Shown here: piece after piece, positions 10,696 through 22,579 of the stretch
How the letters are laid out: every line of letters starts with the position of its first letter
Position numbering within the stretch: the first letter of the stretch is position 1
Assembly: GCA_964016885.1 (NCBI GenBank)
Contig: OZ024750.1
Location: forward strand, 35,526,001 to 35,590,000
Direction: 5' to 3'
Length of the DNA: 64,000 nucleotides
Source of the DNA: Eledone cirrhosa
Taxonomy: Eukaryota
Notes under the pieces: model-generated
Database searches by the model: none
The model's input: only the letters and a program-made list of their open reading frames with translations
Told to the model about the DNA's origin: nothing
Program-made: the position numbers and the translations under genes

Positions 10696-10888
10696 AATAA
10701 TTGTTTCTACTATTGGCACAAGGCCAGCAAATACCCAGTACATTACTGGTACTTTATTTTATCGACCCTGTAAGGTTGAAAGGCAAAGTTAACCTCGGCG
10801 GGATTTGAACTCAGAATGGCAAGGGCCGTAACTCTAGGCGTCCAAGCATGGCGTCCGACCCTCTACCGATACTGCCAATCCACCGCCC
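10696..10888 (-). mobile_element. SINE family A
   Basis: full-length reverse copy. Confidence 0.92.
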
Positions 10889-11153
10889 AATGTCATTAAA
10901 CGCTGGTATGCAATACAGAGGGAAATAGCATTTTATTCCTTTGTATTGAATTCTTCAGAATCATTAGATAATACAATTTTCCTGACTATTTGTAAAGTTG
11001 TTTATGTTTTCAAATTTGTTCACGTTTGGAGACATTCGGACATGTTGTTGGTAAAAACTATGCCGACTTGTAAATTATATATATATGAAAATTAACAACA
11101 AAGAATTGAAGATGCACCTAATAATTTTTATATATAATACATTTAATATAGAA

Positions 11154-11224
11154 ATGGCTTCTACAGGACTAGAACTGTTTCATTCAAAGGAAATCATCAC
11201 GGCTTTCCTGATGATTTCCTTTGA
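11154..11224 (-). ncRNA. Truncated hammerhead motif with 16-bp inverted duplication of its core
   Basis: minus strand (G)TGATGA-T-TTC-CTTT-GAA-T-GAAAC-agttcta-GTC; plus-strand CTGATGATTTCCTTTGA at 11208-11224. Confidence 0.5.
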
Positions 11225-11227
11225 TGG

Positions 11228-11378
11228 AGCCACATAGCTTAGTGGTTAAAGCATTGGGCTTGCAATCGAAAGGTTGTGAGTTCAATTCTCAGACCAGGTG
11301 ATGTGTTATTTCCTTGAGCAAGACACTTTATTTCACATTGCTCCAGTTTACTCAGCTGTAGAAATGAGATGATAGGAC
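11228..11378 (+). mobile_element. SINE family B, 5' half
   Basis: tRNA head plus ccttgagcaagacacttt. Confidence 0.85.
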
Positions 11379-11741
11379 TGAAAGGTGCTTTACTGAAAGT
11401 ATCAGGTTTATTTCATTTGTTTTTTTTATTAACCGGCTTCTGCTTTTGTGAGCTCTTCGAAAGTATAATTTTGAATGTTATATTATTGAAAGTGTTGTTT
11501 TATCTGCACACACACACACACACACATGCACATGCACACACACAGGACACACACACAGTGCACCCAGTGCACTCTGTAAAGTGATTGGTATAAGAAAAGG
11601 TTTGTAGGTGTTGAAACTATGCCAAAAAGTTAGTGGGTTAGTATTCTTGTCATTAGACTATCTCAGTCAATCTTTGTTGTTTAGTATTTTTGTTATTTGT
11701 CTATCAGAAATCTTTCCAGAAACAGCTTTCATTAAAAGAAA

Positions 11742-11809
<68 letters not shown>

Positions 11810-11825
11810 CATATATATATATATG

Positions 11826-11945
11826 ACGTGTGGCTGAGTGGTTAGAGAATTGGTTTCACAATCTTGAGGTTGTGAGTTTGATTCCTGGACGGGGCGATGC
11901 GTTACGTCCTTGAGCAAGATACTTTATTTCATGTTGCTCCGTCTA
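11826..11945 (+). mobile_element. SINE family B, 5' half (diverged)
   Basis: tggctgagtggttagag...gtccttgagcaagatacttt. Confidence 0.75.
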
Positions 11946-12251
11946 CCTGGAGTTGCGACCGATAGATAGTATTAGCAATTGGAAAGACCAACGGAAACAT
12001 TGTTTCCTCGGTCCGATTTGACAAAAGTCGATCGATCCTTTTACATATATAAATATATATATATATACATACATATATAAATATATATAGAAATATATAC
12101 ACACATATATAAATATATGTATATAAATATATATATATAAATATATACACATATATATATAAATATATACACACATATATATATAAATAGGAAATGCTTA
12201 ATAATTTATTTATGTTCAAAACTGTATCAACATGAGATTATTTATAGTAAC

Positions 12252-12442
12252 AATAATTGTTTCTACTTTAGACACAAGGCCAGCAATTACCCAGTGCATT
12301 ACTGGTACTTTATTTTATCGACCCCGTAAGGATGAAAGGCAAAGTCAACCTTGGCGGGATTTGAACTCAGATCGTAAAGGGACGTAACTATGCTGGAAAG
12401 CATGGCGTCCGACCCTCTACCGATACTGCCAAACCACCGCCC
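12252..12442 (-). mobile_element. SINE family A
   Basis: full-length; TSD tttatagt(a/t)acaataat. Confidence 0.92.
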
Positions 12443-12539
12443 TTTATAGTTACAATAATAATAATAATATAGTAACAATAATAATAATAATAATTGTTTC
12501 TAATTTTGGCACAAGGCCAGCAATTACCCAGTGACGGCA

Positions 12540-13580
12540 ATAATAAAAAAAAAAAAGGGAAACAAAAGGAAAGAAAGAATAGGGAAATATAGAGAAAAAA
12601 GAGAGAAAGAAAGAAGAAAAAGAATGGGAAGAGACGGGATGGCAAGAGCTCTGGTATCGCAGAAGAGAGAGGAGGGTGAACGGGGAGGGTGATTGGGCTT
12701 TGGGCCTAGGCAAGAGGGCAGAAGTGCTGTGCCCCGCGGACAAGATGGCAAAAGCACTCCTGCGGACAATGGCCAGTGGCACCTGCTGCAACAGCCACCC
12801 AGCCTCGCAGGCCCACCTCATCAGATAGGACACCGACACTCTGATCTTGCGGAGGAGCTCGGCAGTACGGGGGTCCAAGTACGCCTGACGTCTCGACAAC
12901 GACCAGTGCGAAGAGGAAGTGGCCGGACAAACCCCGGTATTTGTTTTTTTTTACGTTCTTCTGCGAGACGGGCTGCGATGTCGGGGTTTGTGGCCCCGAA
13001 GCGACTAAGTTGGAGGTGGAGACCGTGTCGCAGCAGGTGGCATCCCAGATCAGGGATCTACCTCCTTCGAATGGGAAGAGGGTGATTCCATTGGGGCGCT
13101 TGCTATCTCAACGGTCTAGGGCTGCTGGCTCCAGTTGTGATGCAAAGCCAGCTGCGTCTAGGTTTCTTCTCAATATGTTATTGTGAACGGTGTGTCGGGG
13201 GACTGGCCAGTGCTCTGCCGGCAAGACAGAGGGTGCAGGGTAAATTTCTCAACAACCACCCAGCGGAGGCCAAGGCATTGGGGTATTCCAATGCAAGTGC
13301 ACTCATGCACTCATCAGGTAGGGTACTGGTTGATGAGGAGGGCTGAGAAGCGGAGTGGAGGCAGGCGAGCTGGCGTTGGTCCAAGACGGACTCGATCCGC
13401 CTGACAGAGGACCTGCAATTGATGTCATTCCAGTTACGTTGGACCGTAGTATACTGGGGGATAGAGAGGCCTTCGCCTGTCCAGTAGGCCAGAGCCTGTT
13501 CCATATCAGGGGCCAAACCAGGTTCGGCCGTCTAGCTGAGAACCTCGCCAACGAGAGTGCAACAGGAGGAGATAGTGGAG
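12540..13580 (-). mobile_element. CRE-like LINE 3' part (restriction-like endonuclease)
   Basis: [36 protein letters not shown] and WLLQQVPLAIVRRSAFAILS; pyrimidine-rich 3' UTR. Confidence 0.8.
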
Positions 13581-13687
13581 AGATAGACACACACACATAT
13601 ATATATATATAGACACACATATATAAATATATTTATATATATATATATAAATATATACACACATATATATAAATTAATATATACAAA

Positions 13688-13945
13688 TGAGGTCGTGTAG
13701 GAGTCACGACAAAAGAACACGCAGTTCACGCTGTAATGTGGCCGTGTATGTAACATAGTAAAAACCTCCTAGTCCACACTGTAAACGTGGTTGGTGTTAG
13801 GAAGGGCATCCAGCCGTAGAAAACCCGCCAGACAGTCCTATACGAGCAAGACAACCACTCTTGCCTCAAGTGGGAAAATTCCCGTCCAAACCCATGCCAG
13901 CGTGGAAGATGGACGTTAAACGATGATGATGATGATGATGATGAT
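13688..13945 (+). mobile_element. RTE-type SINE 3' part
   Basis: ggttggtgttaggaagggcatccagccgtagaaa...ggacgttaaac(GAT)n. Confidence 0.85.
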
Positions 13946-13968
13946 ATATATAAATATATATAAGTGAA

Positions 13969-14357
13969 GGCGCATGGCTTAGTGGTTAGAGCATTGGTCT
14001 TACAATCGAAAGGTTGTGAGTTCAATTCTCGGACCGGGTGATGTGTTGTTTCCTTGAGCAAGACACTTTATTTCACATTGCTCCAGTTTACTCAGCTGTA
14101 GAAATGAGATGATAGGGACTGGGGTCCCTATCACTCCACTGCAAAGTGGTCGTGGAGGTGCCACGGCAAAAAAGCACCCAGCACTCACTGTAAATGAGGT
14201 TGGTGTTAGGAAGGGCATCCAGCTGTAGAAATCAGGCCAGAATCAGTTCCCATATGAGCAAGACAAGGTCAGCAAACCAGACACTGCCCACAACAGGACA
14301 ACCCGTCTAACCCATGCTAGCATGTAAGAACGGATGTAAAATGTTGATGATGATGAT
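13969..14357 (+). mobile_element. SINE family B, full length
   Basis: tRNA head, central domain, RTE-type tail with (GAT)n. Confidence 0.92.
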
Positions 14358-14361
14358 ATAC

Positions 14362-14393
<32 letters not shown>

Positions 14394-14774
14394 TTGAGTC
14401 AGTATGTATGTGTTTGTGTGAAGTATATGTTGTAAACCTAAGTAAATGTAATGTATCAAATGCAAGAGGTATGATGTTGGAATGGATGTCTTACTAGAAA
14501 GTAGAACAAAACTACACTGCAAATAGAAACAAATATAATGCTGTAGTTTATGGCTGACTGTCTTTTCTCTTTCTCTTTCTGTGATTCTGTTGTTTAGTTC
14601 AGACAAGATATATTCAAATGAGAAAGAAAAATATCATGTGGTTGTATTGATTGTTAAAATGATCATTCTATGTATATTAATGTATTTGTGTATACAATTA
14701 TACTTGTACATTTGCATATATCTGTCTATCTGTCTCCCTACCTATTACCTACATACATACCTATCTATCTATCT

Positions 14775-14831
<57 letters not shown>

Positions 14832-14832
14832 A

Positions 14833-15196
14833 CACCACTTTGGAAGAAGAATCAGGATGGAAAGAGAGGTGCTGTACCCCAGCAAGTTTTATGAAAGGTG
14901 GGTGAAAGTGGCGAGAATGGCCCGAGTGAATGGGCCTTCTCTCTATATCAGCCTGTAGGTTGAGGAAAAGGAGGAGGAGAGGAAAGGAGTACAAACTCTT
15001 CGTACTCCTGGAGATGAGGGTTGCACATTTTTTCGGGGGTATGTGTTACCCATATGAACTGTCTCCCCCTATTGGGGAAAATCGACTAATTTTTTAAATT
15101 GCATTTGTGATAATATTTTACACGTTTTTATTGTATGTAAACTTCCCCCTTTGTATTTATCCCCTTCTTTTGTGCCCTTGTGGCTAATAAAGAAAC
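14833..15196 (+). mobile_element. 5'-truncated Tx1/L1-type LINE 3' end in (TCTA)n
   Basis: HHFGRRIRMEREVLYPSKFYERWVKVARMARV homologous to the C-terminus at ~50670-50795; ends aataaagaaac. Confidence 0.85.
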
Positions 15197-15212
15197 ATAT
15201 CTATCTATCTAG

Positions 15213-15549
15213 ATACCACTTTAGAAGGAGAATCAGAGTGGAGAGAGAGGCACTACACCCCAGTAAATTTACTAAAAGGTGGGTGAATGCAGCAAAAATG
15301 GACCAAGTGATTGTGCCTTCTCTGTTTATAAACCTGTAGATTGAAGAAGAGGGCAAAGGGAAAAAAGGAGAACTTACACAACACGCTCCTGGAGTTGAGG
15401 GTTGTTCTATCTACGGGGTATTAAACAACCCATTTGTAACGCCTCCCCCCTATTGGGGATTTCGATTGTTGAATTTGTTTGTTCAAATTTTTCTTTTTAC
15501 ACGATTGTATGTAAAATTTCTTTTGCACTCTTGTGGCAAATAAAAAAAC
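15213..15549 (+). mobile_element. Second 5'-truncated Tx1/L1-type LINE 3' end
   Basis: YHFRRRIRVEREALHPSKFTKRWV; ends aataaaaaaa then CTAC/TCTA repeats. Confidence 0.85.
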
Positions 15550-15604
15550 TACTTACTTACCTATCTACACCCCTCTCTCTCTCTCTTTATATATATGTTA
15601 TCTA

Positions 15605-16446
15605 TCTAGTGAACCTAGCAAAAACTAAAGTGTTGATGAGAAAAGAGGACAAAACTCTGACTCCATCAGGAAAATGGCCATGCTCGATATTTAGCAAAGG
15701 AGTTGGCATAAACTCTATAGAATGTACACAATGCAGATCTTGGGTACACAAAAGGTGTAGTGGAATAGCAGCCAACCTAACAGGAAAGGAAAACTTCATA
15801 AGTTGTAGATCTTCAGGAAAAATTGATAGTAGAAGTGGCAAGATCTATAGAGGTGGTTGATAGCTTCCGATACCTAGGGGATCAGATTAGAAAGAGAGGA
15901 GGATGCTCCGAGGCCATAGTATCTAGAATAAGGACAGGATGGAAGAAGTTTAGGGAGCTGTTTCCTCTGTTGACAACGAAGGGTTTCTCCCTACGAACGA
16001 AAGGTCGGTTATATGATGGCTGTGTGAGATGTGTGATGCTGCATGGTAGTGAGACATGGGCAGCAATTTCAGAGGAACTGGCGAGAAATGATGCAAGCAA
16101 GCTCCGATGGATTTACAATGTCAATGTGCGTGAACAACCATGTATGGACGAGTTGAGAGTGAAACTGTGTATAAGAGGAATAAACTGTAGTGTGTAGGAA
16201 AGAAGACTGCATTGGCATGGCCATGTGGTGCACTGGGTGAAGAAGTGCCAAGAAATGTCGGTGGAAGGAAGACGCAATAAAGGAATACCATGTAAAACAT
16301 GGGTGGGTGTGGTGAGAGCTGACCTCCAATCGCTGAAGCTCACGGAGGAGATGACGAGGGACCATGACAAATGGAGAGATCCTGTGCTGAATAGGACCCG
16401 TCCCACCCTTACAAGCAGAGAAAAGCGGACCTTAAATGATGATGAT
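15605..16446 (+). mobile_element. RTE LINE 3' part with PHD-like Cys/His insert, decayed
   Basis: VNLAKTKVL, WPCSIFSKGVGINSIECTQCRSWVHKRCSG, VDSFRYLG, MLHGSETW, (GAT)n tail. Confidence 0.92.
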
Positions 16447-17030
16447 GATTATGATGATATATATATATATATATATGCATGCACACACAATAAAATGCAC
16501 CCAGTACACTCTGTAAAATGATTGGTATTATGAAAGGTTTGAAGTCTTTGAAACTATGATGGAAATGGCTGGGAGGACCCTTCAGTCAAGACATGACAAC
16601 CATTCTATTATTAGTGATATGATAGAATACACCCAGTAGAGTTAGTACAACCCCATAGAATTGGTTCCATAATAAGATTCACCGGGTACACTCTGTAAAG
16701 TAGTTGCTGATAGAAATGGTATCCAGACATAGAAACATTGTTTAACAAAGGGTCAGGAGAACTCTTTAGTAGTGTCTGAATCAGAACAACTTCCATTGGA
16801 GTTGGTGCCACGATAAAATACACTTGGCACACTCTGTAAAGTATAGGAACATATGTATGAGTGATGTGAGCCCCTTAACTACTTAGTAGCTTCAAATAAG
16901 TATTGCCTTGATCTATGACAAGTTGTTAAACCCTTGCTAGCAGGGAAAATGGATGTTAAGTGATGATGATGATGAGGATATGTCTGTCTGCATACACAGA
17001 CATATAAATTCTACATACTTGCAAACATGA

Positions 17031-17097
17031 ATATATATAATCTACATGCATATACACACACATAGACACACACACACACACACACACAAACACACAA

Positions 17098-17144
<47 letters not shown>

Positions 17145-17158
17145 ATCTACATGCATAT

Positions 17159-17193
<35 letters not shown>

Positions 17194-18018
17194 ATCTACA
17201 TGCATATACACACACACACACACATATATATATATAATCTACATGCATATACACACACATAGACACACACTAATATATATATAATCTACATGCATATACA
17301 TACACACACACACACACACACATATATATACTCTTTTACCTGTTTCAGCCATCCGGCTGAGGCCATGCTGGGGCACCGCCGATTATATATATATATATAT
17401 AATCTACATGCTTATACACACACACACCCACACATATATATATATATATAATCTACATGTATATATACACACATACACACACACACATATATATATATAT
17501 AATCTACATGCATATACACACACATACATATATATATATATATAATCTACATGCATATACACACACATAGACATACACACATATCATCATCATCATCATC
17601 ATCATCAACGTTTAACGTCCGTGTTCCACGCTTGCATGGGTTTGGACGGGGGTAGTCCCACTTGAGGCAAGAGTGATTATCTTGCTCGCATAGGACTGTC
17701 TGGCAGGTTTTCTACAGTTGGATGCCCTACCTAACACCAACCACATTTACAGTGTGGGTCTGGGAGGTTTTTACCGTGTTGCCTACACGGCCACATTACA
17801 GCGTGGACTGTGTGTTTTTTATCGTGACACCTACACGATCTCATTTGTTTCGGCCTGGATGGCGCGGCACCAACATAACTTTACATAGAAAGGGGCGGTG
17901 TGGATGGGGTGGGGGTGGTGGGACGGGGGTGTATATATATATATATATAATCTACATGCATATACACACACATACACACACATATATATATATAATCTAC
18001 ATGTATATACACACACAT

Positions 18019-18057
<39 letters not shown>

Positions 18058-18148
18058 ATCTACATGCATATACACACATACACACACATACACACACACA
18101 CATATATATATATATAATCTACATGCATATACACACATACACACACAT

Positions 18149-18181
<33 letters not shown>

Positions 18182-18205
18182 ATCTACATGCATATACACA
18201 CACAT

Positions 18206-18244
<39 letters not shown>

Positions 18245-18312
18245 CTACATGCATATACACACACACATATATATATATATAATCTACATGCATATACACA
18301 TTATATACACAC
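17031..18312. repeat. Compound minisatellite: 16 copies of TAATCTACATGCATATACAC separated by variable (CA)n(TA)n
   Basis: counted directly; interrupted by insertions at 17331-17382 and 17584-17930. Confidence 0.9.
17584..17930 (-). mobile_element. RTE-type SINE 3' part
   Basis: reverse-complement paralogue of 13688-13945. Confidence 0.85.
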
Positions 18313-18476
18313 ACACGCACACATATATATATATGTTTATATGAGTGTGTTTATACCTATTATCATTTAAAATTTATATGTGCACACACACACACATGAA
18401 CACAAAACTCACATGCACACACTCATATACACACACAAACTCAACCTTCTCCCCACACAACTATATATATATATAT

Positions 18477-18820
18477 GGAGGCACAAGGCTTAGTGGTTAG
18501 AGCATTGGCCTTGCAATCGAAAGGTTGTGAGTTCAATTCTCAGACCGGGTGATGTGTTGTTTCCTTGAGCAAGAGACTTTATTTCACATTGCTCCAGTTT
18601 ACTCAGCTGTAGAAATGAGATGATAGGGACTGGGGTCTCTATCATTCCACTGCAAAGTGGTCGTGGAGGTGCCACGGCAAAAAAGCACCCAGCACTCACT
18701 GTAAATGAGGTTGGTGTTAGGAAGGGCATCCAGCTGTAGAAATCAAGCCAGAATCAGTTCCTGTCCCACCCTTGCAAGCAGGGAAAAAGCGGACGTAAAA
18801 TGAAATGATGATGATGATGA
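18477..18820 (+). mobile_element. SINE family B, full length (young)
   Basis: near-identical to 23465-23812 and 34823-35167. Confidence 0.93.
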
Positions 18821-18826
18821 TATATT

Positions 18827-18869
18827 GTCAAAGTTCTTTCGTCACACATTCTGTGACATCTTCAGTGAC
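18827..18869 (-). ncRNA. Minimal type I hammerhead ribozyme
   Basis: GTCA-CTGAAGA-T-GTCACA-gaatg-TGTGAC-GAAA-G-AA-C-TT-TGAC. Confidence 0.7.
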
Positions 18870-19179
18870 TGGGGATTCTTTTCTTTGTTTTGTGCCTCTC
18901 CTTTGTCCTGTATATATATATATATATAATTGTTTCTACTTTTGGCATAGCAACAACACAACTTACAATTAAGGACAAAATGAAAACACACACACATAGA
19001 ACAAACAACCAACTAGTAACATGTAAATAAACAAACAAATAAACAAATAAATAAACAAATAAAAACACACACAGACACCCGGATGTAACATATGCACAAA
19101 CTAAGCACACAACACACACAAAAACAAGATGGCGTAGGACAGGACAAAGGAGAGGCACAAAACAAAGAAAAGAATCCCA

Positions 19180-19222
19180 GTCACTGAAGAGGTCACAGAA
19201 TGTGTGACGAAAGAACTTTGAC
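19180..19222 (+). ncRNA. Minimal type I hammerhead ribozyme
   Basis: GTCA-CTGAAGA-G-GTCACA-gaatg-TGTGAC-GAAA-G-AA-C-TT-TGAC. Confidence 0.7.
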
Positions 19223-19686
19223 AATATATGAACAACCGGAAATTTACCAACCAACCAACCAACGGGAAATTTACAAATTTCTTAAATTTATAAATTTAAT
19301 TTATAAATTTAATTTATAATAAACTGGAGTGAAAGCAACTGGTGTGTGTGTTTCTTATTGGCAACATGACCCTCCCAAAGTATAACAATATCGGTTTCAA
19401 CACACGTTTTCAGATAAAGAATCTTGCTAAACAAATTCAGAAACGATATATATATATATTCATATAAATAGCCATGTAAACAGTTAAGCTTTGGAGACTG
19501 ATATTGTTAGAACAAGCAAATGTATAAACAAACACACTCACTGATGCACAGACACATATACATTTCTCGTTTATTCTTTTTCCATATATATATATATAGA
19601 TACTTATATATATATATATATATATATATGATATATATGTACATATACATATATATATATATATATATGATATGTATATGTACATA

Positions 19687-19948
19687 TCATCATCATCATT
19701 TCATTTCATTTTACGTCCGCTTTTCCCTGCTTGCAAGGGTGGGACGGGAACTGATTCTGGCTTGATTTCTACAGCTGGATGCCCTTCCTAACACCAACCC
19801 CATTTACAGTGAGTGCTGGGTGCTTTTTTTCCGTGGCACCTCCACGACCACTTTACAGTCCCTATCATCTCATTTCTACAGCTGAGTAAACTGGAGCAAT
19901 GTGAAATAAAGTGCCTTGCTCAAGGAAACAACACATCACCCAGTCTGA

Positions 19949-19951
<3 letters not shown>
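19687..19951 (-). mobile_element. SINE family B, 5'-truncated and internally deleted
   Basis: reverse complement of 18477-18820 with deletion. Confidence 0.88.
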
Positions 19952-20476
<525 letters not shown>

Positions 20477-20794
20477 ACAAATTCCTTGTAATATATAAAT
20501 TACTTAATATCCGGAACCTAACAATATTTTCCACTCTGCAAATATCAATCTGATTTTAAGAGATGTTTGTTCATTTATTTTCCAGGAAAAACATTCCTTT
20601 TCACTGAAGCTTTTTATTTTTTCCATTCTCTTTCATGCCTCTGCTTAAATTTCAGTGTGTTGTCATAGTTACATCAGAAATAGTTGATGTTATTTAAAAT
20701 TTCCTTTTGTCAACATTATTGATCAAAAGATCTCATGTTATTATTAGCTATAAATATATAAACACTTTTAATTATTTGATAAACCTTCTCCTTT

Positions 20795-21213
20795 CTTCTT
20801 CTTCTTCACTCTTCTTCTTCGCCTTCTTCTTCTTCTTCTTCTTCTTCTTTGCCTTCTTCTTCTTCTTCTTCTTCTTCTTCTTTGCCTTCTTCTTCTTCTT
20901 CTTCTTCTTCTTCTTTGCCTTCTTCTTCTTCTTCTTCTTCTTCTTCTTCTTCTTTGCCTTCTTCTTCTTCTTCGCCTTCTTCTTCTTCTTCTTCTTCTTC
21001 TTCTTCTTCTTCTTCTTCTTTGCCTTCTTCTTCTTCTTCTTCTTCTTCTTCTTCTTTGCCTTCTTCTTTGCCTTCTTCTTTGCCTTCTTTGCCCTCTTCT
21101 TCTTCTTCTTTGCCTTCTTCTTTGCCTTCTTCTTCTTCTTCTTCTTCTTCTTCTTTGCCTTCTTTTTCTTCTTCACTCTTCTTCTTCTTCTTTTTCTTCT
21201 TCTTCTTCTTCTT
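20795..21213. repeat. (TTC)n punctuated by TTTGCC
   Basis: direct inspection. Confidence 0.95.
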
Positions 21214-21214
21214 T

Positions 21215-22335
21215 AGTATTATTCTTAGTAGTAGTTGTAGTATTGTCGTTATCATCATTGATAGTTTGCAGAGTAAATATCTGCTGTCTGTTGAGAATCA
21301 ACAAGAACCTTAGAGAAACAGGACTTCCGCTTGGACTAGGAGCAGGTTCTATTAAAGTCAAATAAGCCTCGTCGGAGAGGGGACAAAAAAGAAACTCCTT
21401 CAGATGTATGATCTGTCTCTGTCATGGGTGAGAACACTATGGTGGCTGGATCATTAAGCCATTTATATGAATTATTAGGTCCATAGGTAAAAATACAGTG
21501 CTGGGCAGGGGCATAATTTCATTGCTTGCCATAGGAGCTATTTTCCCTAGTTATGCCTCTGACTACAATATCAGGTTTGTTGTGATAAAGTCTGTGATCT
21601 GTGTGGATAGTGAAGTCCCAGAACATCTTGGGTTTGTCTTTGTCATCAAGGATCCTTTCTTGGACATGTTGATGCCACTTGTTGAATACTAGATAGTGAA
21701 GGTATATACAGGTTTCATCGTATCTTGTTTCATATTTCTCAAACAAAGGAATGAGAGGACCCTCAGTTGTGTCAAAGACATGACAATGTCGCCTGTTGAA
21801 CACTAGATAGTGAAGCTATATACAGGTTTCATCGTATCTTGTTTCACATTTCTCAAACAAAGGAATGAGAGGACCCTCAGTTGTGTCAAAGACATGACAA
21901 CCTCGCCTGTTGAATACTAGATAGTGAAGCTATATACAGGTTTCATCGTATCTTGTTTCACATTTCTCAAACAAAGGAATGAGAGGACCCTCAGTTGTGT
22001 CAAAGACATGACAATGTCGCCTGTTGAACACTAGATAGTGAAGCTATATACAGGTTTCATCGTATCTTCTTTCATATTTCTCAAACAAAGAAATGAGAGG
22101 ACCCTCAGTTGTGTCAAAGACATGACAACCTCGCCTGTTGAATACTAGATAGTGAAGCTATATACAGGTTTCATCGTATCTTCTTTCATATTTCTCAAAC
22201 AAAGAAATGAGAGGACCCTCAGTTGTGTCAAAGACATGACAACCGCGCCTGTACACTTGATGGAACATGACACTGTATATAAGCAAGACACAGATCCTTG
22301 GCCTGTCTGGAAGTCCTGCTTCAGTACTGACTTGC
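21215..22335 (-). mobile_element. R4/Dong-like LINE 3' fragment, decayed
   Basis: RYDETCIYLHY...WHQHVQERILDDKDKPKMFWDFTIHTDHRLYHNKPDIVV; 3' boundary approximate. Confidence 0.8.
21680..22252. repeat. 5 x 114-bp tandem repeat with alternating (228-bp) variants
   Basis: agatagtgaa at 21691, 21805, 21919, 22033, 22147. Confidence 0.95.
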
Positions 22336-22403
22336 TCTATGTAGACCTGTCCAACCCTTGCTAGCAGGGAAATCTGACGTTAAAATGATGATGATGATGA
22401 TGA

Positions 22404-22579
22404 TAATAATTGTTTCTACTTTTGGCACAAGGCCACCAATTAACCAGTGTATTACTGGTACTTTATTTTATCAACCCCGTATGGATGAAAGGCAAAGTTA
22501 GCCTCAGCGGGATTTGAACTCAGAATGGCAAGGGCCATAACTCAATGCGTCAAAGCATGGTGTCCGACCCTCTACCGAT
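22404..22579 (-). mobile_element. SINE family A
   Basis: reverse copy, slightly 5'-truncated. Confidence 0.9.

Larger units (their letters stand above)
18821..19436 (+). mobile_element. PLE-like terminal-repeat fragment with ~90-bp inverted duplication
   Basis: arms 18821-18911 and 19139-19228; downstream AATAAA and catgaccctcccaaagtataacaata, also seen at 60505-60795 and 62319-62384. Confidence 0.7.

Noticed and set aside
12693-13612. GC-rich plus-strand ORFs as a host gene or CpG island
   Set aside because: They are antisense to the CRE-like LINE remnant.
13969-14040. tRNA genes at SINE heads
   Set aside because: A/B boxes are present but lack a complete acceptor stem and always continue into SINE bodies.
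17031-18312. CRISPR-like repeat-spacer appearance
   Set aside because: Spacers are simple (CA)n(TA)n, there are no cas genes, and the context is eukaryotic.
20707-21313. Poly-Lys/Ala (histone H1-like) and poly-Glu ORFs
   Set aside because: Single-codon (GAA)n expansion with no synonymous variation, domain or splice context.
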